From positions 110,176,001 to 110,240,000 of the forward strand of contig CM059432.1 in NCBI GenBank assembly GCA_030390025.1: a DNA stretch of 64,000 bases, read 5' to 3'. Position 1 is the first letter of the stretch. Every line of letters starts with the position of its first letter. The position numbers and the translations under genes were made by a program. The stretch is from Squalus acanthias (taxonomy: Eukaryota). Shown piece by piece: positions 37,343-51,500 of the stretch. The notes under the pieces were generated by a model. That model was not told the origin of the DNA. It was given only the letters and a program-made list of their open reading frames with translations, and did no database searches.

Positions 37343-38064
37343 TGACAGAGTTTGACAACGGCGGGGCATCTCGTGATATGACCAGTTAGTTAGATTTTTT
37401 CCCTTGTCCTTCAGCTCAAATTTTTTGCCCTGTAAGTTGCTGGAAGTGCGAGCTGATAATGGTATGACGAGGGCAATGGGGCCACTGGGACCTTGGTGAA
37501 CGATGGGACAAACAGTGTATCTTCTTAACGAATGAGATTTAAGGATTGAGAAGCAGAGGAACGACGGAGAAGGAAATAGGGTGAAATAGAGTCAAATCAG
37601 GTACAGAAAGAGAAATAAAGATCAGATTAAGAGAGAAAAAAGAAACAGAAAGGAAAATAATTTTTTTTTTAATTTTAAATTTTAAAAATTTCAAGAACAA
37701 TTTAGTACCTACAGGAGTGAGACTCCACAGTTTCAATTCTTCCCTTTCTGGGCGAGAGAGGTTGAGTGGCATTTCAGGAACATAAATCTCTTCATTAAAA
37801 AGGTCCTTATGTTGTTAAGTAGCAGCCCTAACTTCCTGCGGTGAGTTTAACTGGCAATTAAATGCAGTAATTTAATGAAACTCACAGGGAGGTAGTGGGC
37901 GCGCTGCCGTTTCCACAAAGCTAACGGTGGAAATCATCCAGCAACTTGTGGTGATTCGCAATTCACGGGGTATCTCTTCCTTACCACACGTTGCCGGACA
38001 ATTTACACACTTATAACGGAGAGCGCCATTAAACTCTCATTACTTTGGTAGCAAAATCTGTGCC
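37343..38064. mobile_element. Probable decayed MITE
   Basis: AT-rich core with GC-richer flanks; weak inverted ends tgacagagtttg / gcaaaatctgtgcc. Confidence 0.4.
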
Positions 38065-38134
38065 ACTGAATTCGAGAAGGAGAAAGATCACACACAGACC
38101 AAGGTTTTAAACTTAAGTAAGGTTGATCTCAAAG

Positions 38135-39790
38135 TGTGAGGTCATCCACAGTAGTCCAAAGAAAGATATGTCAGAATATTTTTTAAATGGTGAGAAGCTG
38201 GGAACTGTAGAGAGTGGAAAGATTTAAGGGTTCATGTACAGAAATCACTAAAAGCTAGTGGACAGGTACAAAAAATAATTAAAAAGGCTAATGGAATGTC
38301 AGCCTTTATCACAAGGGGGCTGGAATACAAAGGGTAGAAGTTATGTTACAGATATATAAAGCTCTGGTTAGACCCCATCTGGAATCACTGCGTTCAGTTC
38401 TGGGCACCGCACCTCAGGAAGGATATATTAGTCTTGGAGCAGGTGCAGCACTGATTCACCAGAATGATACCGGGGCTAAAAGGGTTAAATTATGAGGACA
38501 GGTTGCATAGACTAGACTTGCGTATAGAAGATTAAAGGATTTGTTAAAGGTAAATTGTGTTTGAATAACTTGATTGAGTTCTTTGATGAAGTAATGGAGA
38601 GGGTTGATGAGGGTAATGTGGTTGATGTTGTCTACATGGACTTTCAAAAAAGGTGTTTGATAAAGTAACACATAATAGAATTGTTAGCAAAATTGAAGCC
38701 CATGTAATGAAAGGGACAGTAACAGTGTGGTTACAAAATTGGCTAAGGGACAGAAAGCAGAGAGTATTGGTGAACGGTTGTTTTTCAGACTGGAGCGGGG
38801 TATACAGTGGTGTCTCCCAGGGGTCGGTATTAGGACCACTGCTCTTTTTGATCTATATTAATGACCTGGACTTGGGTATACAGGGCATAATTTCAAAGTT
38901 TGCAGATGACACGAAACTCAGAAATGTAGTAAACAATGAGGAGGATAGTAACAGACTTCATGACATAGACAGACTGGTGCAATGGGCAGACACATGGCAG
39001 ATGAAATTTAAAGCAGGGCAGTGTGAAGTGATGCATCTTGGAAGGAAGAATGAGGAGAGGCAATATAAACTAAATGGTACAATTGGGGTGCAGGAACAGC
39101 GAGACCTGGGGGTGTACATAAACAAGTCTTTGAAGGTGGCAGGAGAAGGCTGTTAAAAAAAAATACAAGATCCTTGGCTTTATAAACAGAGACAATCGAG
39201 TACAAAAACAAGGACGTTGTGCTAAACCTTTGTGATAAAACACTGGTTAGGCCTCAGCTGGAGTATTGTGTCCAATTCTGGGCACCACAATTTAGGAAGG
39301 ATGACAAGGCCTTGCAGAGGGTGCAGAGGAGATTTACTAGAATGGTACCAGGAATGAAGGACTTCAGTTATGTGAAGAGACTGGAGAAGCTGGGGTTGTT
39401 CTCCTTGGAGCAGAGAAGGTTAAGGGGAGATTTAATAGAGGCGTACAAAATCTTGAAGTGTTTTGATAGAGTAAATAAAGAGAAACTGTTTCCACTGGCA
39501 GAAGGGTCAGTACTTTTAGGTTAATTGGCAAGAGAGCCAGAGGTGAGATGAGGAGAATCTTTTTATGCAGCGAGTTGTTGTGATCGGGAATACACACCTG
39601 AAATGGTGGTGAAAGCAGATTCAATAGTAACTTTTGAAAAGGGAATTGGATAAATACTTGAAGGGGAAAAAATTGCAGAGCTATGGGGAATGAGCAAGGG
39701 AGTGGGATTAATTGGAGAGCTCTACCAAAGTGCCAGTACAGGCACGATGGGCCGAATGGCCTCCTTCTGTGCTGTAAGCTTCGATGATTT
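38135..39790 (+). mobile_element. Two adjacent CR1 RT/3' fragments (about 38135-38525 and 38535-39790)
   Basis: GVSQGSVLGP, FADD, RPQLEYCVQFW; tail ends near 39790. Confidence 0.88.
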
Positions 39791-40284
39791 CTGCGATTCC
39801 TTCTGTTCTGTTCATCTGAATTTTTTACGGTTCTGACAAAGAATCTGCACCTGAACCATTAACTCACCAGTTTTCTCCACAGGTGAGTGTTTCCAGCATT
39901 TCTGTCCTTGTTTCTGTTCAATCAGCAGGTCAGAAGTTGTAATATTCTGATACTATATTACTATTGCTAAATAAATACTAGAAACACCATCGCAGTAGTT
40001 TCATAAGTAGGTATTTATTATTCAATTAATTTAATTAGAAAATGTATTCAATTTCAGGAAAGGGGATCAGATTGCCAAAATATTATCTGCACTATACCAG
40101 ATATTTTGTACTTGACTTGGTTTTAAAGTAAGTTAAATGTAAATGGCTTCACAACCTGTAATTTACCATTAAGAGGCAATATTGAGTAAAAAAGCACCAC
40201 AATTAGATTTTGACAGTGAGCAGAAACATTTTGGCATAAAGTTGATCAGAAGCTGTGAACCCTGATGTATAATAATCCATGACA

Positions 40285-41760
40285 CCCGCCTTTTGCTCCT
40301 GTGACCCCATTCTCACTGAGGGGCTGACCTCCAACTTCCCTTCTTAACACAAATGCTAGATGACATTGTAAATTGTTTGTTCTCCCCAGGGACTATCTCC
40401 CTCCCTTTCAAAACTGCCATCAACCCTTTTCTCAAAAAACTCACCCCAATGCACTATCCTTGCAAACTACAGCCCCATTTCCAATCTTCCTTTCTTGTGC
40501 AAAGTTCTTGAATGTGCTGTCACTGCTCAGATCCGTGCCCATCTCTCCCACAACTCCCTGTTTGAATCCCACCAATCAGGTTTCCATCCCTTGCACAGCA
40601 CCAAAACAGCTTTAACGGAAGACCAGAATAATATTCTCTGTATCTGTGATGCATTATCCCTCCTTATCCTCTCTTTAACCAAATCATCCTTCTCCAATTC
40701 CTCTCCTCCACATTATAGCTTAGTGGGAATTTCCTTGTTTAGTTTCACTCTTACCTATCCGCTTGTAGCCAGAGGATCTCTAGCAATGGATTCTCTTCCC
40801 ATCCTCCACCAGCACCTCAGGAGGCCTCTAAGGATCCATCCTTGCCCACTTCTCTTTTTCATCTACGTGATGCCCTGAGCAACATCATCCCCAGACAGGG
40901 ATCATCTTCCACATGTATGCTGATGACAACAGGCTCCCGCTCCACCACCTTTCTCGACCCCTCCACTGCCTCGATGTCGTTAGACTGCTATTGTCCGATA
41001 TGCGGTCTCAGATCTTCCTCCACCTAAACATTGCTGAGACTGCTCCGTTATCTTTGGCCACCGCCATAAACTCTATACCCTTGCCACTGATTTAATCCCC
41101 CTCCGCAGCAAGTCTCGTGCTGAACCAGACTATTCACAACCTAGTTGACCCTGAGCTGCGCTTCCAACTCCATATCCTCTTCACCACAAAGATCACCTAC
41201 TTCCACCTCCATAAGATCGCCCAACTCTGCACCGGCCTCTGCCTAGCCCTTCTGCTGCTGAAACACTCCTTTGTCATCTCCAGACTCCAGTGCTTCCCTG
41301 GTCGGCCTCCCATCCTCCACTTTCCGTAAACTTCAGCTCATCCAAAACTCTGCTGCCCATATCCTATCCTGCTCCAAATCCCATTCACTCATCACCCCTG
41401 TCCTCACTGACCTACATTGGCTTCAGGTCCCCTAATGCTTCAATATTTTCATCCTTGTTTTTAAATCTCTCTATAGCCTTATCCCTCCCCATCTCTGTTG
41501 CCTCCTCTAGCCCTACAAACCCTGCCCCCAAACTCTCACTCTCTGTTCTTTTTAGCCCAGCCTCTTGGGCATCCACCTATCCCTTCAACCTGGCATGGCA
41601 GCCATGCCTTCAGCAATCGAACCCACACTCAGGAATTCTTTCCCTGAAGTCCTCCACCTCTTCATCTGTCCACCTCTTTGACTAACTGTTTGCTCACTCA
41701 TCCTAATATCTCCTTTTTTGGCCATTCTTCGTCCATTTTCTCTATTTACCTTTCAAATTG
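40285..41760 (+). mobile_element. L2 LINE RT/3' region, heavily decayed
   Basis: QSGFHPLHSTKTAL, MYADDNRL and TPVLTDLHWL-like motifs. Confidence 0.82.
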
Positions 41761-43560
41761 CCACATAATTTTGAAGACCTGTATCAGAACTCCTTTAACT
41801 TTCTCTGTTCTAATGAAAGGAGCCTTAATCTTATCACTTCACAGATCAGCTATCCCGAAGGTCTCTAAATAAGATTTTCCATTTAGTGCCAAGGCAGTTT
41901 TGTGCTTTAGACAGAGCTCTGAAAGACTGCAATTTCATTTCACAAAGTGAATATATATGAAGAGGCCAAGTTAATTAAGGATAGATATGAACCGAGGTCC
42001 TAGAAGCAAGGCAACAGCACTGAATCACTCAATTCCCTTCCCTAATTTTTTTTTTTTTAATTTGTAAAATTCTTGGAAATGAAGATTATTTTTAACTGTA
42101 AGTCGCTAGAATGGCTCTCCCAATGCCTCAGTAAGTTTATCCAACAAGTGGCTGAGCCTTGCAGACCAGGAAAGTCCCAGGCTTTCATCCACTGGTCTGT
42201 GCTAGGTTATCTGATCGTTGCTGGGACAACAGTAAGGCTGTATAACTGGCCTCAGATTGGGAGGTTTTGTTAGGCAACGGTTTAAAGGGATATGGAACCA
42301 AGGCAGGTAGATAGAGTTAAGATACAGAGCTGTCATGATCTAACTGAATGGTGTAGCAGGCTCGAGAGGCTGAATAGCTTATGAAAATCGGAGTGATAGG
42401 CAAACCAACTTTTTTTTTTAAAATAAATACCACCGCCCTCCACCACCAAACTTAATTTCAGCGGGACTTGAAATCAGCAGCCAGTGCTCTTTCCTGAAAA
42501 AGGCCGGTGCCATATTACAATAATTAAATTGGAGTCATACACCAGTTGTAGGACCCCAATGCAATTTTTGGTACCACTGGACATGTGCTGTGCACGCTCT
42601 GCCCACTAGTACTGGACGAAAAGTGGCCTAAACAACAGAGTGGTCGCTACGGAAAGATTGCAAGTAAGTTTTCAACATTAATTGTATGTGGCCAGGAGAA
42701 GCTCATTTTGGCCCCACAAATATCTTCTGGCTTGCTGGCAATCCTTCGGTGCCCTCCCTTTAAGTTTTGACTTCTGGGTTGGTGCCACGGATTTTCAATC
42801 TCCCTTGACCATGGTTCCGACATCTGGCTATTGGGTGGGCGGTTCATTCGCTTCACCCCCGCCCCCGATGTGCATTATAAAAGAAAATAGCCCTGTAGTG
42901 TCGGAATAGAGTTAAATGTTGAACGGACTCGGCATGGATGGCAGGTTTCCTTCCCTGAAGTAAACTAAACAAGTTGGGAATTGATGACAATCTGGCAGCT
43001 CTCATGGTTATGTTTCTGGTGCAAGCCACAAATTACCAGATCAACTGAATTAATTTTCACAATTTACCATGGTGGGACTTGAACTCACGATCGAGGTTGG
43101 AAGTACAGTACCATAACAACTGCAGTACTGATTTTAACCACTGTCAATCGACTTCCCACGGGGCACAGCTCATGTAATAAAGCTACTCATAACTTGTTAA
43201 TTTAGTTTGGATGGTGTAGAAACTGAAAATTCCCATTGATGCAGTATGTAGTACTCTTCTAACATTGCTGGGAGAGGGTAGAGGGCACCTCATTCTCCAG
43301 CCAGCCTGAACTACACTTGGCCTGGTGTATGGAGATTGGGTGAGAAAAGTAGAAAAAAAGAATTCCATTCTGCTTCATCAAAACCTGCACAAACTTCACC
43401 CATTTAACAAAAACACATAAAGCTAGACAAATGCACTGTTAACTTATTTGTCATGGTTTAACATAAGGAGCCAGTCCTGAGGGTTTCCACTATGTATTCT
43501 TCAGTCTCAGAAGAGATCTAGTGCAGGACTCAGGACTTCCAAGGTGAAATGTCAACTTAC

Positions 43561-43729
43561 CTTTCCTGTGGCACTGCAAACCAGTACTCGTGCTTCCTAT
43601 CCCTCTGGGCATACTGCTGCATGGATGCGCTTGCTACAGACACGAACGTCTTCCTCATGGGCTTCCCAACTCTCAAACACAGGAACTTGTGAGATCGATG
43701 TCGCCTTTTCTCTTTTGCTATGACACTAC
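43561..43729 (-). CDS. OXR1: OXR1 (oxidation resistance 1) internal coding exon, 169 nt, phase 1 to phase 2
   Basis: Translates as (G)SVIAKEKRRHRSHKFLCLRVGKPMRKTFVSVASASMQQYAQRDRKHEYWFAVPQE(R), which I recognise as the conserved vertebrate OXR1 block upstream of the TLDc domain. Acceptor ttgaatctcag| at 43730, donor AG|gtaagt at 43560. Not in the ORF track; read by hand. Confidence 0.95.
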
Positions 43730-43789
43730 CTGAGATTCAATATTAAAAACACAAAATTAATCGCTTTTGTTTTTAAGCTCAAACTTTTG

Positions 43790-44040
43790 TTTTGAGATGT
43801 TCAGCAAACATATAGAAGTATGAAGTGCTGCATTTTGGTAGGAATAACGAGAGGCAATATGTTTAAATGGTACAATTTTAAAGGGGGTGCAGGAACAGAG
43901 ATTCAAATTCAATAGTAACTTTCGAAAGGGAACTGAATAAATATTTGATGGGGACAAAATTGTAGGGTTACGGAGAAGCAGGGAAGTGGGACTAATTGGA
44001 TAGCCTCCTTCTGTGCTATAAGCTTCCATGATTCCAATGA
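43790..44040 (+). mobile_element. Deleted CR1 3' fragment
   Basis: EVLHFGRNN..LNGTILKGVQEQRD fused to 3' UTR sequence. Confidence 0.7.
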
Positions 44041-44879
44041 TGTATATTGATATAAATGCAATAACAAATACAAGAACATTTCATACTATGCTTCAGAAAG
44101 GTTATGGTGACTTGTGTACACTTGATGTTAAAAAGCTGACTTTGTAAGCTTGGTCCCTGATCTATGCAGAGTTAAACATTCTCAACTGTGGTAACAAACA
44201 ATTGGGGGCGGGATGGCTACAGTGGGAACTGGATCGGGCTTGGTAGCGATGTCTTTCACGGTTGAAAAGTGAGCTCAGACATGCTATCTTATGCTGTCTT
44301 AACCTAACATGAGTCAATGGCTTTAGCAGATATGGGAGTTAAAATCAACTCTGGTTTACAATGGTTTTAATCCTGATTTCAGTCAAATCTACCAAAAAAG
44401 CAAAAGCCCCTTCTGTCAGGAGCTTCAGCAAAGGACGTTTGGGAAGGTCATTCAAAAATGTCCCAGTGAATAGATATCACTACTAGAAGCATGGTATCTG
44501 TCTCGACATTGGTTTCATTGCTTTAAAACTGCGCACTGCTGCACACAGAAGTGTGCGAGTGTAAATGTGAGCGTGTACGTGAGAGAGAAAGAGACACAAA
44601 GGGAGAGATATGCAAAAGAGAGAAATTAGTGTGACTGAAAGTTGGTGTCCCTACAGATAGTAAAATACAGGACCTACCTTTAATCCTAGATTTGTCGGAT
44701 CTTCAAAAGATAAATTACCCTTTTGATCTGGAAATCTTATTTGTGCGAGAAATAGTTTGTGCGTGAGTTACAAAACTGATAGCGAAATTGCCAAAAACGA
44801 TAACCATAACCATAATGTGAAGACTGGATTACATTGCAAGGTGTACCAACAAGTACCACTGCTGAACCTTAAGTTTTAG

Positions 44880-45210
44880 CCTGGCACAGTGGCAGTACCT
44901 CGGAGTCAAAGTTTATAGGTTCAAGCCCCACTCCAGGATTCCAGCACACGCTAGTGCTTCAGTGCAGCATTGGGGGAGTGCCACACCTCGGGATGTAAAA
45001 TATGCCACATCACTATTTGCAAACGAGTCGGGGAGCTTTGGCCAACGTTTATCCCACAACCAACACCATCAAAAATAAAGATTAACTGGTGCACAAAACT
45101 GCCTTTTGTGTTTGCCTACATTAAAAGTAATGCATTGACTGTGAAACGCTTTGGGATATCCTGAGGACGTAAACGATATATAAATAAAAGTTCCTTCTTT
45201 CTTTCTTTCA
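44880..45210 (+). mobile_element. Decayed DeuSINE-like SINE
   Basis: ggttcaagccccactcca B-box and gtgaaacgctttggg..ctatataaat-like tail, similar to 33628-34074. Confidence 0.6.
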
Positions 45211-45282
45211 TCATGGTGTGAGTCAGCAACTAAATACTAAGAGCAGTTAGATAATAAATAGTTGTTCTTGATGGACATCAAG

Positions 45283-46318
45283 GGTCGAAGGGTGTTTTTG
45301 TGACTGGAAGGTTGTTTCCAGTGGGGTTCCGCAGGGCTGAGTACTGGGTCCTTTGCTTTTTGTGGTATATATCAATGATTTGGACTTGAATATAGGGGGT
45401 ATGATTAAGAAGTTTGCAGATGATACAAAAATTGACCATGTGGTTCATAATGAAGAAGAAAGCTGTAGACTGCAGGACGATAACAATGAACTGGTCAGGT
45501 GGGCAGAACAGTGGCAAATGGAATGCAATCCGGAGAAGTGTGAGGTAATGCATTTGGGGAGGGCTAACAAGGCAAGGGAATACACTATAAATGGTAGGAC
45601 ACTGAGGAGTGCAGAGGATCAGAGGGACCTTGGAGTTCATGTCCACAGATACCTGAAGGTAGCAGGACAGGTAGATAAGGTGGTTAAGAAGGCATACGGG
45701 ATACTTGTCTTCATTAACCGAGGCATAGAATATAAGAGGAGGGAGGTTATGCTTGAACTGTATAAAACACTAGTTAGGCCGCAGCTAGAATACTGCGTGC
45801 AGTTCTGGTCACCACGTTACAGGAAGGTTGTGATTGCACTAGAGAGGGTACAGAGGAGATTTACGAGGATGTTGCCTGGGCTGGGGAATTTTAGCAATGA
45901 AGAAAGATTGGATAGGCTGGGGTTTGTTTTCTTTGGAACAGAGGAGGCTGAGGGGAGACCTAATTGAGGGGTCTAGATAGAGTGGATAGGAAGGACCTAT
46001 TTCCCTTAGCAGAGGGGTCGATAACCAGGAGGCATAGATTTAAAGTAATGGGTAGGAGGTTTAGAGTGGATTTGAGGAGAACTTTTTCACCCAGAGGGTG
46101 GTGGGGGTCTGGAACTCTCTGCCTCAAAGGGTGGTAGAGACAGAGACCCTCATCACATTTACAAAGTACTTGGATATGCACTTGAAGTGCCATAACCTGC
46201 AAGGCTACGGACCAAGAGCTGGAAAGTGGGATTAGGGTGGATAGCTCTTTGTCGGCTGGCACAGACAAGATGGGCCGAATAGCCTCCTTCTGTGCTGTAA
46301 ATTTCCATGATTCTATGA
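45283..46318 (+). mobile_element. 5'-truncated CR1
   Basis: 204-aa ORF with FADD and RPQLEYCVQFW; (ttctatga) tail. Confidence 0.92.
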
Positions 46319-48550
46319 TCACACTAAAATTGGATGGACTGGGAAGGAAGCTGAAGAACTGGACCAACATCTCTAGCACCGTGCTGGGAAAGTTTTACTT
46401 TTTTATTAAGTCACTTAGCCAATTAATTTTGTTAGATATTTTCAAAAGGATAATAAAGATGACAAGCTTCATGTTTTTGTTGATTTGTTTTTAAATAGCA
46501 CAGAAAGTAAAGGTCTTACATCATACAGTTTGCTTTGTAATGGAAAGGTCTTAGTCTCTTTATTCTCAATTTAAATCAGTAAACCTGCAAAGAGCTGGAC
46601 AATCAAGATCAAAATGAGCTGATTGTATTTTACCCAACATTACAGAAGTGTACAAGAAGTTTAGATAGGCAACAGCCCCTCCCCACCATTCAAAAAAAAA
46701 ATACTGCCTGTATCCTATCCCACACTAAGTCCCATTCACCACCACCCCTGTCCTTGCTGACCTACATTGGTTCCCGATTCTCCAATACCTCCAATTTAAA
46801 ATTCTCAATCTCAGAATTAAATCCCTTCATGATCTTGCCCCTCCCTATCTAAATGGCAATATAAACTAAAGGGTACAATTCTAAAGTGGGTGCATGAACA
46901 GAGAGACCGGGGGGGGGGGGGGTAGGGGGGGGTTATATGTGCACAAATCGTTGAAGGCGGCAGGGCAGGTTGAGAAAGCAGTTCAAAAAGCATCCGGGAT
47001 CCTGAGCTTCATAAATAGAGGCATAGAGTACAAAAGCAAGGAAGCTATGATGAACCTTTATAAATCACTGGTTTGGCCCCAACTGGAGTATTGTGTCCGA
47101 TTCTGGGCACCGCACTTTAGGAAGGATGTAAAGGCCTTAGCGAGGGTGCAGAAAAGAATTACAAGAATGGTTCCAGGGATTGAGAAACAAAAACTCCACA
47201 GGAAAAATGATCCAACCGTGACTAACTAAAGAAGTTAAGGATAGCATTAGATTGAAAGAAGCTTATAATGTTGCGAAGAATATAAGCCTGAGGATTGGGA
47301 GAGTTTCAGAAACCAGCAAAGGATGACCAAAACATTGATAAAATTGGAAAAAAGAGAGAAAACTAGCAAGAAATATAAAAGCAGATTGTAAGAGCTTCTA
47401 CAAGTATGTAAAGAGGAAGAGAGTAGCAAAAGTAAACATTGGTCCCTTAGAGGCTGCGACAGGTGAAATTATAATGGGGAATAAGGAAATGGCAGAAACG
47501 TTAAACAAATATTTTGTATCTGTCTTCACAATAGAAGACACAAAAAGCATACCAAAAATGGTGGGGAACCAAGGATCTAATGAGGGTGAGGAACTTAACG
47601 TAATTAATATAAGTAATTAATAAAAGTACTAGAGAAACTAATGGGACTAAAAGCCGACAAATCCCCTGGACCTGACGGCCTACATCCTAGGGTTCTAAAA
47701 GAGGTGGCTGAAGAGATAGTGGATGCATTGGTTTTGATCTTCCAAAATTCCCTAGATTCTAGAACGGTCCCAGTGGATTGGAAGGTTGAAAATGTAACCC
47801 TGCTATTCAAGAAAGGAGGGAGAGAGAAAACAGGGAACAGGCCAGTTAGCCTGACATCAGTCGTCGAGAAAATGCTGGAATCCATTGTTAAGGAAGTGGT
47901 ATCAGGGCACTAAGAAAATCATAGCATGATTAGGCAGAGTCAACATGGTTTATGAGACAAATTGTGTTTGACAAATTTATTAGAGGTTTTTGAGGATGTA
48001 ACTAGCAGGGTAGATAAAGGGAAACCAGTGGATGTAGTATATTTGTATTTCCAAAAGGCATTCGATAAGGTGCCACATAAAAGGTTATTACACAAGATTA
48101 GGGCTCATGGGGTTAGTGGTAATATATATAGTAGCATGGATAGAGGATTGGTTAACGGACAGAAAACAGAGAATAGGGATAAACGGATCTTTTTCAGGTT
48201 GGCAGGCTGTAACTAGTGGGGTGCCACAAGGATCAGTGTTGGGGCCTCAGCTATTTACAATCTATATTAATGACCTAGATGAAGGGACCGAGTGTAATAT
48301 ATCCATGTTTGCTGATGATACAAAGCTAGGTGGGGCAGTAAACTGTGAGAAGAACACAAAGGGCTGGATTTTGAATGACCCATGGAGTCGGGTTTGGAGG
48401 AGTGTGGGGGGGTTAAATTTGTGGGGTCGGGGTTTCCGACCACATCCCGACTGCATCCCGCCTCCACGCAATTTTGACATAATCAGTCGCGGGGTTCCCG
48501 ACTCCGTCCTGCCTTCAAGAGGCGGGAGAGGCCATTAAAGCCCTTAACAA

Positions 48551-51500
48551 CATAAGAACATAAGAACATAAGAAATAGGAGCAGGAGTAGGCCAATCGGC
48601 CCCTCGAGCCTGCTCCGCCATTCAATAAGATCATGGCTGATCTGATCCTAACCGCCAATCTACTATCTATCACAGAACCATCTCCTGCATCTAACAGAAT
48701 TGCACACACGAAATAGGAGCAGAATCAGGCTACACAGTCCCTGGGCCCGCTCCACTACCCACAGGGCCATGACCGATCCGAACCTAGACTCATGTCCAAA
48801 TTCCTGCCCGCTCCCCGTAACCCTTAATGCCCTTTACTTCTAGGAAACTGTCTATTTCTGTTTTAAATTTAATTAATGTTGTAGCTTCTACAGCTTTTTG
48901 TGGCAGCATATTCCATGGACCTACCACCCTCTGAGTGAAGTAGTTCCTCCTCATCTCAGTTTTGAAAGAGCAGCCCCTTATTCTAAGACTATGTCCCCTA
49001 GTTCTCGTCTCACCCGTCATCGGGAACATCCTCCCCGCATCCACCCGATCCAACCCCTTCACAATCTTATATGTTTCAATAAGATCGCCTCTCATTCTTC
49101 TGAACTCCAATGAGTAGAGTCCCAATCTACCCAACCTCTCCTCATATGACCACCCCCTCATCCCCGGGATTAACCGAGTGAACCTTTTTTGCACTGCCTC
49201 GAGAGCAAGGATGTCTTTCCTTAAGTAAGGACACCAAAACTGTATGCAGTATTCCAGGTGCGGTCTCACCAATACCTTGTACAACTGAAGCAATACCTCC
49301 CTATTTTTATATTCTATCCCCCTAGCAATGAAAGCCAACATTCCATTTGCCTTCTTAATCACTTGCTGCACCTGCATACTAACCTTTTGAGTTTCGTGCA
49401 CCAGGACCCCCAGATCCCTTTGCACTTCAGTACTCTCCAGTTTCTTGCCATTAAGATAATAAATTGCTCTAGGATTTTTCCTGCCAAAGTGCATCACCTC
49501 ACACTTTCCAGTGTTGTATTCCATCTGCCAAATCTCTGCCCACTTACTTAGCCTGTCTATGTCCCCTTGCAGGTTTTTTATGTCCTCCTCACTCACTACT
49601 TTCCCTCCCATCTTTGTATCATCTGCAAATTTTGATATGTTACACTTGGTCCCTTCCTCCAAATCGTTAATATAGATTGTGAAGAGTTGGGGACCCAGCA
49701 CTGACCCCTGTGGAACACCACTAGTTACTGATTGCCAGTCTGAGAATGAACCATTTATCCCAACTCTTTGCTTTCTGTTAGATAGCCAATCCTCTATCCA
49801 TGCCAGAATATTACCCCCAATCCCGTGATTTTTTACCTTAAGCAATAATCTTTTGTGTGGCACCTTGTCAAATGCCTTTTGGAAGTCTAAATACACTACG
49901 TCCACTGGTTCCCCTTTATCCACTCTATATGTTACTTCCTCAAAGAACTCCAGCAAATTTGTCAAACATGACTTCCCCTTCGTAAAACCATGCTGACTTT
50001 GTCCTATTAAATTATGATTATCCAAATGTCCTGTTACTGTTTCCTTAATAATGGACTCCAAAATTTTACCTACCACAGATGTTAGGCTAACCGGTCTATA
50101 GTTACCAGCCTTCTGTCTACTGCCCTTTTTAAATAAGGGTGTTACATTAGCAGTTTTCCAGTCTGCCGGGACCTTAGCGGAATCCAGGGAGTTTTGAAAA
50201 ATTATTACCAATGCATCTACAATCCCTACCGCCACTTCCTTCAAGACTCTAGGATGTAAGCCATCAGGTCCAGGTGATTTATCCGCCTTGAGTCCCATTA
50301 TTTTACCGAGTACCACTTCCTTAGTGATTTTGATCATGTTTAGCTCCTCTCCCCCTATAGCCCCCTGTTTGTCCAGTGTTGGGATATTCTTAGTGTCCTC
50401 TACTGTAAAGACTGATACAAAATATTCATTCAGTGTTTTTGCCATCTCCATATTTCCCACCATTAATTTCCCGGTCTCATCCTCTAAGGGACCAACATTT
50501 ACTTTAGCCACCCTTTTTCTTTTTATATAACTATAAAAACTCTTACTATCTGTTTTTATATTTTTTGCTAATTTACTTTCATAATCTATCTTCCCTTTCT
50601 TAATCAATCTTTTTGTTATTTTTTGCTGCCTTTTAAAGTTTTCCCAATCCTCTGTCCTCCCACTAGATTTCGCTACCTTATATGCCCTTGTTTTTAGTCG
50701 AATACTATCCTTAATTTCTTTACTTAGCCACGGATGACTGTCCCTTCTTTTACACCCTTTTCTTTTCAGTGGAATATATTTTTTTTGGAAGTTGTAAAAT
50801 AACTCCTTGAATGTACACCACTGATCATGTGTCGTCTTACCCTTTAATCTATTTTCCCAATCCACTCTACTCAATTCCGCTCGCATACCTTCATAGTCTC
50901 CTTTATTCAAGCTTAGCACGCTTGTTTGAGATCCAACCTTCTCACCCTCTAATTGAATATGGAATTCAACCATGTTATGGTCACTCATTCCAAGGGGATC
51001 CTTTACTAGGACATTTTTAATTAATCCTGTCTCGTTACACAGGACCAGATCTAAGGTTGCTTGCCCCCTGGTCGGTTCAGTTACATACTGCTCAAGAAAC
51101 CCATCCCTAATACACTCAATGAACTCATCCTCAAGGCAGCCCTGCCCCATTTGATTTGTCCAATTAATATGATAGTTAAAATCCCCCATAATTATAGATG
51201 TTCCCTTATTACATGCCTCAACTATTTCCTGATTGATACTCCGTCCAATAGAGTTGCAACTGTTCGGAGGCCTATAGACTACGCCCACTAATGTTTTTTT
51301 CCCCTTATTATTCCTTATCTCCACCCAAACTGTTTCATTATCATGATTTTTTGACCCAATATCATTACTCTGTATTACAGTGATTCCTTCCTTTATTAAC
51401 ATAGCCACCCCACCTCCCCTTCCTTCCTGCCTGTCCTTCCTGATCGTTAAATAACCTGGTATGTTTAATTCCCAGGCATTGTCACCCTGCAGCCATGTTT

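Noticed and set aside
39833..39915. Degenerate Penelope-type LTR or hammerhead remnant
   Set aside because: The core motifs are too decayed to call with confidence.
13174..43729. NCOA7 as the host gene
   Set aside because: KFLCLRVGKPMRKTFV, QQYAQRD.KHEYWFAVPQER and TGE...EPGF fit OXR1 better than its paralog. An OXR1-like duplicate cannot be excluded without synteny.
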